This document shows, one piece after another, positions 8,599 to 15,328 of a stretch of 15,328 nucleotides of DNA. The stretch lies in assembly GCA_039194345.1 (NCBI GenBank), contig JBCCWB010000085.1:1-15328 (forward strand). The letters run 5' to 3'. The notes under the pieces are model-generated. The model saw only the letters and a list, made by a program, of their open reading frames with translations, did not search any database and was not told the origin of the DNA. Positions within the stretch are counted from its first letter, which is position 1. The number at the start of each line of letters is the position of its first letter. This DNA comes from Planctomycetota bacterium (GTDB taxonomy: Bacteria > Planctomycetota > Phycisphaerae > Phycisphaerales > Phycisphaeraceae). A program made the translations under genes and the position numbers.

Positions 8599-10554
8599 AT
8601 GTGCGGAATCGCGGGCATTGTGCGTTTCGACGACCAGCCGATCCCTCAGGATCGCCTGAAGTCGATGCTTGCGCACCTCAAACACCGTGGGCCCGACGGC
8701 GACGGCATCACCGAGCACGGCCGATGTGCTCTGGTCCACGCACGGCTATCGATCATCGACCTGCTTTCGGGCCAGCAGCCCATGCATCTCGCCGCTAGCC
8801 AGTCCATGGACGGCGACCGCCACGCCATCCCGCGACGCGGCTCCTCCGGGCCGCTGCACCTGGTGTTCAACGGCGAGATCTACAACCACAAAGAACTCCG
8901 CAAGAAGCTCGAGAAACGCGGTCACGTCTTCGCCTCGACCCATTCCGACACCGAGGTCCTGCTCTACGGCTACCGCCAATGGGGGGAGAACCTGCCCAAG
9001 CACCTTCACGGCATGTTCGCCTTCGTCATCTGGGACGAAGAAGACCGCCGTGTGTTTATGGCCCGCGACCGCACAGGAATGAAGCCGCTTTACATCCGGT
9101 ATTCCGACGACCAGCGAGAACTGAGTTTCGCCAGTTTGGTGGGTACGATTACCGCCAGCATGCCGCCGGGCGAACGGGCCCGGGTCAACCGCAAAGCCCT
9201 GCTGAATTACTTGCGGCTGGGCTACACCTTCGGCCAGTCGATGATCGACGGCGTCAACGAGCTCCCCGCGGGCCACTTCATGCGGATCGAGCAGGACGGT
9301 GAGGTCCAGGTCCGCCGCTACTGGCGCCCCCCGCCGATCAGCAAACACTCGACGTCGCTGGGCGCGGTCGACGCGTTGGACGAGGTGCTGACCGAGGCGG
9401 TGGAGAAACGCCTCGAAGCGGATGTGCCGTTGGGTTGTTTCCTCTCGGGTGGCATCGATTCGTCGGTCATCGCGGCGATCGGGCAGCGACGTCTCAACAG
9501 ACTAGGAGCGGGTCGGCTACGGACATTTAGCGTGGCCATGCCCGATGCGCTCTACGACGAAACCCCCCACGCTATCGAGGTCGCCAAGCACGTCGGAGCC
9601 GAGCACACGGTGTTGCAGTGCGAGATCAGCGACGCGATGGCCGACCTCGAACGTATGATGGCGGTGACGGGGGAGCCGACGGCCGACAGTTCGCTGCTGC
9701 CAACCCACTGGCTGTGCAAAACCGCACGCCCCCACTGCAAAGCGGCGCTCTCGGGCGATGGCGGCGATGAACTGTTCGGCGGGTACGACCGCTACCGCGC
9801 CATGCGTCTGCTCGCTCGCAACCAAAACTGGGTCAAAGCCATCCCGCGAGGCGTACTCCAGGGCCACGCTAAATCCAGGCGTGCCCGTCTCGGTCGGCTG
9901 GTGGATGCCGCCCGTGCGGGCAAACAACCTGCAGCGCAATACCAGTCGATGATCCACCTGTTTACGAACACCGACATCCAGTCGCTGATACCCGGGCTAA
10001 TCCACGAAGTCGAGCCCAATCAAAACGGTGCGGCGTTGCCCAACTGGCAACCTTGGGAAGACGTCGCTCATGCGGCGATGCGTTGGGACTTTGAACACTA
10101 CCTGCCCTTCGAGTTATTGCGGAAAGTGGATCGCGCGTCGATGGCCGTGGCTTTAGAGGTCCGCTGCCCGATGCTCGATACCCAGGTCTGCGACCTTGCG
10201 GGGCACCTGCCGACCAAGGTGCTAATGCCCGGCGGTGCCCCCAAAGCGTTGCTGAGACAACTCGCGGCCAAGTACCTGCCCGCGTCGATCATCCAGCGAC
10301 CCAAGCGTGGTTTCGCCGTGCCCATGGGGGACTGGTTACGCACCCGCATGCGAGATGACCTGCACGACCGCTTATTCGACGGGCAACTCGACGCGCTGGG
10401 CATTGATGCCACTGAGTCACGCCGATTGTTCGAGGAGCACACCCAAGAACAGGCCGATCACACCCATCGTCTGTTTAGCCTGCTGCAGCTCTCGCTCTGG
10501 GGAACTTGGCTCAACACTAAGCCACAACCTATCCCGCGTGTTGGTATCGATTAA
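8599..10554 (+). CDS. asnB: Asparagine synthase (glutamine-hydrolysing), AsnB family
   Basis: MCGIAG carries the Ntn-amidotransferase catalytic Cys2. Other motifs are NGEIYN, the HSDTEV loop and the PP-loop SGGIDSS. At 651 aa it starts 51 nt after aspS on the same strand. The physiological role could be free Asn synthesis or another amidation; AsnB paralogues vary. Confidence 0.9.
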   Translation: MCGIAGIVRFDDQPIPQDRLKSMLAHLKHRGPDGDGITEHGRCALVHARLSIIDLLSGQQPMHLAASQSMDGDRHAIPRRGSSGPLHLVFNGEIYNHKELRKKLEKRGHVFASTHSDTEVLLYGYRQWGENLPKHLHGMFAFVIWDEEDRRVFMARDRTGMKPLYIRYSDDQRELSFASLVGTITASMPPGERARVNRKALLNYLRLGYTFGQSMIDGVNELPAGHFMRIEQDGEVQVRRYWRPPPISKHSTSLGAVDALDEVLTEAVEKRLEADVPLGCFLSGGIDSSVIAAIGQRRLNRLGAGRLRTFSVAMPDALYDETPHAIEVAKHVGAEHTVLQCEISDAMADLERMMAVTGEPTADSSLLPTHWLCKTARPHCKAALSGDGGDELFGGYDRYRAMRLLARNQNWVKAIPRGVLQGHAKSRRARLGRLVDAARAGKQPAAQYQSMIHLFTNTDIQSLIPGLIHEVEPNQNGAALPNWQPWEDVAHAAMRWDFEHYLPFELLRKVDRASMAVALEVRCPMLDTQVCDLAGHLPTKVLMPGGAPKALLRQLAAKYLPASIIQRPKRGFAVPMGDWLRTRMRDDLHDRLFDGQLDALGIDATESRRLFEEHTQEQADHTHRLFSLLQLSLWGTWLNTKPQPIPRVGID

Positions 10555-10652
10555 AGCGATACTCACACTCCGGTGCTATGCTTAGGAGTCGGCCTGAGCC
10601 CGGGGAGGCTGTGACTGTTTGACCTCACCGTAATTGCTTTGGAAGGCTCTTG

Positions 10653-11603
10653 ATGCGTAGTCCGTTGAAACTGTTGGCTCTGGGGATGCTTGCCGTGTTC
10701 ATGGGGTGGGGGCCACAGCCCAAAACCCTTGCGGACACGATCACCATCGGCGCCTACAACGTCGAAAACTTTTTCGACGTCTTTGACGATCCCTACACCG
10801 GGGATGAGGGGGTCAAGGTCAAGCCCCGCCGCGAAATCCAGGCCATTGCGGCATCGCTCAAAAAACTCGACGCCGACGTCGTGGTTTTTCAGGAACTGGA
10901 AAACGAGCACCTGCTACAAGCCGTGGTTGATGAGTTTCTGCCGAATGAAGGCTACGAGTACATCGCCGCTCAACGCACCAACTCCGGACGCGGTATCAAC
11001 CTCGGCGTGATCAGCCGTTTCCCGATTAAAGAGTTGCGAAGCTATCGCTTTATGACCCTGACCAATCCCAAGGCCCCCGGGCGTGAGTGGAAGTTTGCCC
11101 GTGACCTGATGCGTATCACCATCGACGCCGGTCTCGACCGCCCGATCGAAGTGTTCTCGGTTCACCTGAAAAGCAATCGCGACGGCCCGGACGATCCCAA
11201 CTCTCGCCTTTACCGCACCGCGGAAGCGATCGCCCTGAAAAACATCATCCGCGAAGAAGTCGAGAAAGACCCCGGCTTCCTCGCGGTGCTCGGCGGGGAC
11301 TTCAACTCGAACTACGAGACCCGCCCGGAGCAGCCCCGTCCCTGGCCCGCCATCGCCCACCTGCTCGAAGCCGAACCCGGCGATGAGCCGCTGCTCACCG
11401 ATGTCCACGCGGACCTGTCCGACAAAGAACGGGTGACCATCCCCGGTAGCGGCCGCTACCCCCCCGCCACCTTCGACTACATCCTCGTCACCCCCGCGAT
11501 GGCTGAGCGTTACGTTGAAGACTCGGCCACGGTCATCCGTTCGAAGGCGCTCACCTCCGGCTCGGACCACCGCCCGATCTCGGCCGAGTTCCGGCTGGAC
11601 TAA
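10653..11603 (+). CDS. Secreted endonuclease/exonuclease/phosphatase (EEP) family protein
   Basis: Track start 10650 is TTG and the adjacent ATG is at 10653, preceded by GGAAGG (10641-10646). Signal-peptide-like N-terminus (LKLLALGMLAVFMGWG...LA-DT). EEP motifs are YNVENFF, VVVFQELEN, GGDFN and the C-terminal SDHRP. Confidence 0.8.
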   Translation: MRSPLKLLALGMLAVFMGWGPQPKTLADTITIGAYNVENFFDVFDDPYTGDEGVKVKPRREIQAIAASLKKLDADVVVFQELENEHLLQAVVDEFLPNEGYEYIAAQRTNSGRGINLGVISRFPIKELRSYRFMTLTNPKAPGREWKFARDLMRITIDAGLDRPIEVFSVHLKSNRDGPDDPNSRLYRTAEAIALKNIIREEVEKDPGFLAVLGGDFNSNYETRPEQPRPWPAIAHLLEAEPGDEPLLTDVHADLSDKERVTIPGSGRYPPATFDYILVTPAMAERYVEDSATVIRSKALTSGSDHRPISAEFRLD

Positions 11604-11670
11604 AGCAGCTTTGCTGCTGCGATCTTGGGCCGTATCGTGCACCTCAGAATTTAACCGCCTACGCTTACGC

Positions 11671-12777
11671 ATGCCTTTGAAGTCTTCGCGTTTGCTGAGC
11701 GGTTTTGCTTTACTGATTTGTCTGTTGGGTTCAACGGGCTGCGTATCCAGCGCAATCGCCATCGCCTTTACCAACGCGCCCAACGGCGGTCGCGAATCCA
11801 TCGACCCCGAGCGCCCGGTCCCCGCGATCTATGACGGGGCCGAGGAACTGGAGGTGCCCGGACCTCCTCCAATCAGCTTGGCGTACTGGGTGATGGAACC
11901 CGGCCCCGCGAAAGTCACTTTTATTCCGGAACAGATCGATCCCCCCACGCCCGCTCCAACCCCCGGCTGGCGCTATGTAGATTCCAAGCACCGGCCCGGG
12001 AAAGGCGTCGTCCGCACCGAGCGCGGTCCCGCAAAGCAGGCAACTGCGCCACGCGCAACCGTACTGGTCCTCCACGGCTGGGCCAGCCAGGTGCGGACCA
12101 CCGACACGCTCTGGCATCTCAGCGCTACACTCGCTGATGCAGGCTGCCGGGTGATATTGCCCGACATGCGAGGCCACGGGGACAGCACCGGGGAGTTTGT
12201 CACGTCAGGCTTCCGTGAAGTCGAAGACCTATCTGCTCTGCTCGATCACCTCGAAGCCGACGGCGATCAACCCCCTCTTCCCGTTGGGGTGATCGGCCAC
12301 TCTTACGGGGGAGGAGTGGCCATCCAGCTCGCAGCACGCGATCCGCGTATCCAACGCGTCATCGGCCTCGCTCCGTTGGCGGACATCCGCCCAAGCATGT
12401 TGCCGGGCGTCCGGGCGTTTGCCAGGCAGTTCCGCCCGATCTCGTGGTTTTTCTACCTCAATTGGGCGGTGAACCAGCAAGCCATCGAAGACGCCCAACG
12501 CAAAATCGAAGAACGCACCGGCACCGACATGGCCACCAACAACGCGCTGTATCAGATCAGCCGCGTCGAGGTTCCCGTACTCATACTGCAAGGTGCCCAA
12601 GACCAAGCCACACCTCTGGAAGGCGCAGAAAAGCTACGCGAAGCCAACTCCGACAAAGTCGAGTTGGTGGTCTACCCCGAGGGGCGGCATACCTCGTTTC
12701 TGCGGGACGACTTCGCTGACATCGAGCCGCGACTACGGGCGTGGGTGGATGCGTTAGCGGCCTCACATGTCCACTGA
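11671..12777 (+). CDS. Alpha/beta-fold hydrolase, probable lipoprotein
   Basis: Track ORF 11515..12777 trimmed to the ATG at 11671, because the upstream part overlaps the EEP gene end and is Arg/Ser-rich junk. The N-terminus MPLKSSRLLSGFALLICLLGSTGC is lipobox-like. VLVLHGW, the nucleophile elbow GHSYGG, and a C-terminal GRHTSF His region are present. Substrate is unknown. Confidence 0.75.
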   Translation: MPLKSSRLLSGFALLICLLGSTGCVSSAIAIAFTNAPNGGRESIDPERPVPAIYDGAEELEVPGPPPISLAYWVMEPGPAKVTFIPEQIDPPTPAPTPGWRYVDSKHRPGKGVVRTERGPAKQATAPRATVLVLHGWASQVRTTDTLWHLSATLADAGCRVILPDMRGHGDSTGEFVTSGFREVEDLSALLDHLEADGDQPPLPVGVIGHSYGGGVAIQLAARDPRIQRVIGLAPLADIRPSMLPGVRAFARQFRPISWFFYLNWAVNQQAIEDAQRKIEERTGTDMATNNALYQISRVEVPVLILQGAQDQATPLEGAEKLREANSDKVELVVYPEGRHTSFLRDDFADIEPRLRAWVDALAASHVH

Positions 12778-12785
12778 ATCACCCA

Positions 12786-13430
12786 TCAAACCAGATCGGT
12801 CTCGCGGAGATACGGGTTGCTTACGCGTTCCCGCCCGATGGTGGTTTCCGGGCCGTGGCCGGGCAACACACGCGTGCCATCCGGGAGGGTAAGCAACTGT
12901 TCATGGATGGACTTAATCAACAGTGGGCCGTCGGACGTTGGGAAGTCAAATCGACCGATGGACTGGGCAAACAAGGTATCGCCCACGATCGCGGTGGCGA
13001 TGTCCGGTTGATAGAGCGTGATGCCGCCGGGGCTGTGGCCCGGGGTGTGGCGGATTTCAAACGTGACGCCGTCGAGTTGCAGGGTTTGGCCGTGGATGAG
13101 TACATCCGTCGGGTCGGGGGCGACGACGGGTTGGCTGATGTACAGCGAAAGGTTCTTCGAGGCGTCGCCGGGGAAGTCGCGTTCGGATTCGTGGATGAGC
13201 AGCGGGGTGTCGGGGAAGCTTTGCAAAGCCTCGGCCACCCCGGCGATGTGGTCGGCGTGGGCGTGGGTCAGGATGATCTTCTCAACCTTCAGCCCCGCGG
13301 CTTCGACATGATCGAGCATCTCTCCGGGCCGCTGCCCGACATCGACCAACCACGCGGCCCCGCTCGGGCGCGACACAACAAAACAGTTGGTCTGGAAGTC
13401 GCCGCAGGGGAAGATTTCGATGTTGATCAT
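12786..13430 (-). CDS. MBL-fold metallo-hydrolase (glyoxalase II / YcbL-like)
   Basis: THAHADHIAG (the HxHxDH motif), HTPGHSPG and the GD..F motif. The ATG at 13430 gives MINIEIFPCGDFQTNCFVV, which matches the usual family N-terminus. Alternative starts are 13445, 13454 and the TTG at 13478; the last would overlap the VWA stop as TTGA. Confidence 0.8.
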   Translation of the reverse strand: MINIEIFPCGDFQTNCFVVSRPSGAAWLVDVGQRPGEMLDHVEAAGLKVEKIILTHAHADHIAGVAEALQSFPDTPLLIHESERDFPGDASKNLSLYISQPVVAPDPTDVLIHGQTLQLDGVTFEIRHTPGHSPGGITLYQPDIATAIVGDTLFAQSIGRFDFPTSDGPLLIKSIHEQLLTLPDGTRVLPGHGPETTIGRERVSNPYLRETDLV

Positions 13431-13474
13431 TTTGGGTTCTTGCATGCCCGGCATCTTACCGGCAACCCGCGCGA

Positions 13475-14704
13475 TCAATGGATGAACGACTTGGTTTTCT
13501 TGCCGGTGAGGTAGCTCTCGATCACCGTCGAGCTGAGGTTTTCGCTAGTGCAGTAATACGCCAAGCCGCGCGTGAGGCGGGTGAGCTGATCGACGAAGCC
13601 AACCCAGTCCATGCCCCAGTAGTCTTCGATGAGAGCGAACGTCGCGATGCGGATGCCCATCTGCTGACATTTGAGAGCTTCTTGCAGCGTGATGTTGCTG
13701 GTCTGCTCAGTCGGCGGGTAGAGCAGATAGAGCATCTCTTCATCGATGCCGCCTTCCGGGCTGTTTGACCCAGGGCTCGCGACGTGGGCCGTGGGCTGGC
13801 CATCGGTAATCACAAAAATCTGCTTGTTGGCAGCACCGCTGCGGGCGAGCATATGGCGGGCCGTGCGCAGCCCAAGCTGGAGATTGGTGAAGTGTTGCGG
13901 GATCTTCTCAGCATTCGCCCGGGCTTGGTCCAGCGGAACGCGTATGCGGACCTCGTAGTCGCGGATCGACACCGGCTTGGGCATCACCAACGGGATGTCA
14001 CGCTCCTGCAACCGATCCGCCAACGAATAAAACCCGACGTATTCCAACGTGTCCTGCGGGAACCGGGCACGAATCAGTTCCTGCATCCCTAGCGCGATCC
14101 GCTTGGCTTGGATAAATCGGCCGTAACGCATCATCGAGCCCGAAAGGTCGATCAGCATCACCGTCGCGCAATCGGCCGAGCCCTCGGTCATGTGCAACTC
14201 GAAGTCGCCGTGGTTGATCTGGATCGGCAGCGAAGCCCCACCCGACGACTGCCCCGCCTTAGCCCGCTCGGCGGTCTGCCGGGCGATGGCGTTGCGCAGC
14301 GTCTGGCCGAGCTCGAGTTCGCTGATCGGATCGCCAAACTCGTAGGCCTTGGTGCCGTCGGCCCGCTCGGTCGTTCTCCCCCGGTGCCGGGTCTGGTGGC
14401 CGTCCCGTGAACCCTTCTTCAGTTCGCTGAAGATCTCCATGAGCGACTGGTGCTGGAACCCCTTCAGCATGCGCGGCGTAAGCCGCAGCCGAGTGTTGCC
14501 GTCTTCGTCCTCGTATTCCTCGAGCAGCCCGGCATCGATCATCGCCTGGATGTATTCCTGCTCGTCCGGTTCTTCGAGATGCTGCATCGCATCGAGCGCC
14601 TGCTCTCCGTACTGCAGGATGAAGTTCATCACGTTGGGCTGCGCGAAGAGCTGGTCTGGGCTGAGGAAGCCCTGGCCGTCGAATTCGGAGTAGGAAAACT
14701 TCAT
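13475..14704 (-). CDS. von Willebrand factor A domain protein with long acidic N-terminal extension (COG4867-like)
   Basis: MIDAS motif DLSGSM at the start of the VWA fold, and a later ITDGQPT strand. The N-terminus MKFSYSEFDGQ followed by an acidic helical region resembles, from memory, the COG4867-type family. ATG at 14704. Confidence 0.8.
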   Translation of the reverse strand: MKFSYSEFDGQGFLSPDQLFAQPNVMNFILQYGEQALDAMQHLEEPDEQEYIQAMIDAGLLEEYEDEDGNTRLRLTPRMLKGFQHQSLMEIFSELKKGSRDGHQTRHRGRTTERADGTKAYEFGDPISELELGQTLRNAIARQTAERAKAGQSSGGASLPIQINHGDFELHMTEGSADCATVMLIDLSGSMMRYGRFIQAKRIALGMQELIRARFPQDTLEYVGFYSLADRLQERDIPLVMPKPVSIRDYEVRIRVPLDQARANAEKIPQHFTNLQLGLRTARHMLARSGAANKQIFVITDGQPTAHVASPGSNSPEGGIDEEMLYLLYPPTEQTSNITLQEALKCQQMGIRIATFALIEDYWGMDWVGFVDQLTRLTRGLAYYCTSENLSSTVIESYLTGKKTKSFIH

Positions 14705-14730
14705 GGAAAATAATAGGCGGCTATGCGTTG

Positions 14731-14760
14731 AAAATACGACAGTACGGAATCAAACGTCAA
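14731..14760 (-). promoter_or_regulatory. Candidate sigma70-type promoter for the VWA/MBL gene pair
   Basis: On the minus strand: TTGACG (14760-14755), an 18-nt spacer, then TATTTT (14736-14731), ending 26 nt upstream of the VWA ATG. The -35 overlaps the stop region of the upstream ORF. This is a pattern match only, and promoter consensus in this lineage is uncertain. Confidence 0.25.
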
Positions 14761-15328
14761 TCTTGTCCACAGCTTTCGTTAGGTGACGGTGCTGGGCAGG
14801 ACGGATCACCAAACCACATTCGGGGCATTCCGTTCCTTGCAAGCCTCTTAAGCTATAGCCGCATCTTCGGCAAAGTGATCGATCGTAACCGTAAGCAAAT
14901 TGCTTACCCCGAGCCTTGATGCCATACATCCAACCCGCCCATGCTCCGAAACCAGTACCCAAGGCCCAAAGACTCAGGACTATCAAGTTCAAGGAATGCC
15001 AAACATCGGAGGAGGGTGGTATGAAAGAGCTGAGAACCAACCCGGCAAGAATTAATGGAAGGATGCTGATCTGCTCATTATCAATTGATGATTCGTCGGA
15101 GTTAAGAATAACTGAGAACGTGAGTGAACCATCACCTGCCAGCCATCGGTTTGTGCCTCGGCCTCGGCCCGCTGTTTGCCGCTCTGCAAAAATTAAAGCG
15201 GGGGAGAAAACCTCACCCACTTGAATTAATCCCTGGGCACGATCATTCGTCGACGTGATTTCGTGATGATAATCAACAGTCTTAATGAATGTCTCGTTGA
15301 GGATTCGATTCTTGAACTCCGCTTCAGT
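14750..15328 (-). CDS. Biotin--protein ligase (BirA)-like ORF, 5'-partial at window edge, with a non-BirA C-terminus (2 hydrophobic helices + Cys4 zinc ribbon); possibly a chimera or pseudogene
   Basis: The track lists 14750..15220 from an internal GTG, but hand translation shows the frame stays open to the window edge: TEAEFKNRILNETFIKTVDYHHEITSTNDRAQGLIQ precedes VGEVFSPALIFAERQTAGRGRGTNRW. This matches the BirA pattern (hydrophobic-x-STN...A..QTAGRGR.GR.W..G.L.fS). After about 15100 the KWPND and GIGINV motifs are missing. The ORF ends about 75 aa short of a normal BirA, with CRRCGYSLRGLQGTECPECG near the C-terminus. Confidence 0.5.
   Translation of the reverse strand, partial: TEAEFKNRILNETFIKTVDYHHEITSTNDRAQGLIQVGEVFSPALIFAERQTAGRGRGTNRWLAGDGSLTFSVILNSDESSIDNEQISILPLILAGLVLSSFIPPSSDVWHSLNLIVLSLWALGTGFGAWAGWMYGIKARGKQFAYGYDRSLCRRCGYSLRGLQGTECPECGLVIRPAQHRHLTKAVDKIDV

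Noticed and set aside
10914-11801. 295-aa minus-strand ORF, plus similar shadow ORFs at 10..510 (-), 5106..5621 (-), 8746..9348 (-), 9517..9957 (-), 11731..12177 (-) and 12741..13514 (+)
   Set aside because: All lie antisense to, or out of frame within, genes with clear family motifs (EEP, ADH, HD-GYP, AsnB, hydrolase, MBL). All have Arg/Gly/Ala/Val-rich composition typical of high-GC shadow frames.
14891-14907. Perfect 8+1+8 palindrome GTAAGCAA-a-TTGCTTAC inside the BirA-like/zinc-ribbon ORF
   Set aside because: Allowing spacers of 0-5 nt, roughly one such repeat is expected by chance in 15 kb. It lies within coding sequence (GKQFAYG) with no second copy seen. It is worth re-examining only if the region proves to be a recombination junction.
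14728-15224. Plus-strand ORFs 14728..14919 (63 aa) and 14916..15224 (102 aa) in the low-GC end region
   Set aside because: They lie antisense to the frame carrying the clear BirA motif and zinc ribbon, and have no motifs of their own. In AT-richer sequence ORFs of this size are less expected, so they are not absolutely excluded, but nothing supports them.
1-15328. Search for CRISPR repeats, tRNA/rRNA genes, IS elements, integrases, toxin-antitoxin pairs or known defence-system genes
   Set aside because: None recognised. There are no regularly spaced direct repeats, no tRNA-like T-arm motifs in the intergenic regions, and no transposase, integrase, nuclease-helicase or other defence hallmarks among the translated ORFs. 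Whole-window repeat detection by eye is limited and should be repeated computationally.

Overview
High-GC bacterial chromosomal segment. Hand counts inside genes give about 57-75% G+C. It carries 14 supportable protein genes and no rRNA, tRNA, CRISPR array or transposase that I can recognise. Gene style (few Shine-Dalgarno sites, several lipobox or signal-peptide proteins, a CxxCGY...CPECG ribbon) is compatible with Planctomycetota, but the taxon is only an inference. Order of genes: Zn-dependent dehydrogenase (+), purN (-), gluQ (+), DUF192 lipoprotein (+), PP2C/SpoIIE phosphatase with a degenerate receiver-like N-terminus (+), GAF/HD-GYP phosphodiesterase (+), ribE (-), aspS (+), asnB (+), secreted EEP-family nuclease/phosphatase (+), lipoprotein alpha/beta hydrolase (+), MBL-fold hydrolase (-), N-terminally extended VWA protein (-), and a BirA-like ORF (-) that runs off the right edge. 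Most of the window is ordinary housekeeping plus signalling, and I see no convincing new multi-gene system. The most unusual part is the right end, from about 14705 onward. There G+C drops to about 42-47%, and a biotin-ligase-like reading frame loses homology mid-domain and ends in two hydrophobic helices plus a Cys4 zinc ribbon. This sits directly upstream of a VWA gene that lacks its usual AAA+ partner. Smaller items are a 17-bp palindrome filling almost all of the 19-bp purN/gluQ divergent gap, a 26-codon upstream ORF with an ATGA overlap onto the HD-GYP start, and a tRNA-Asp/Asp-Asn themed neighbourhood (gluQ, aspS, asnB). All homology calls come from motif recognition by eye; no searches were run.
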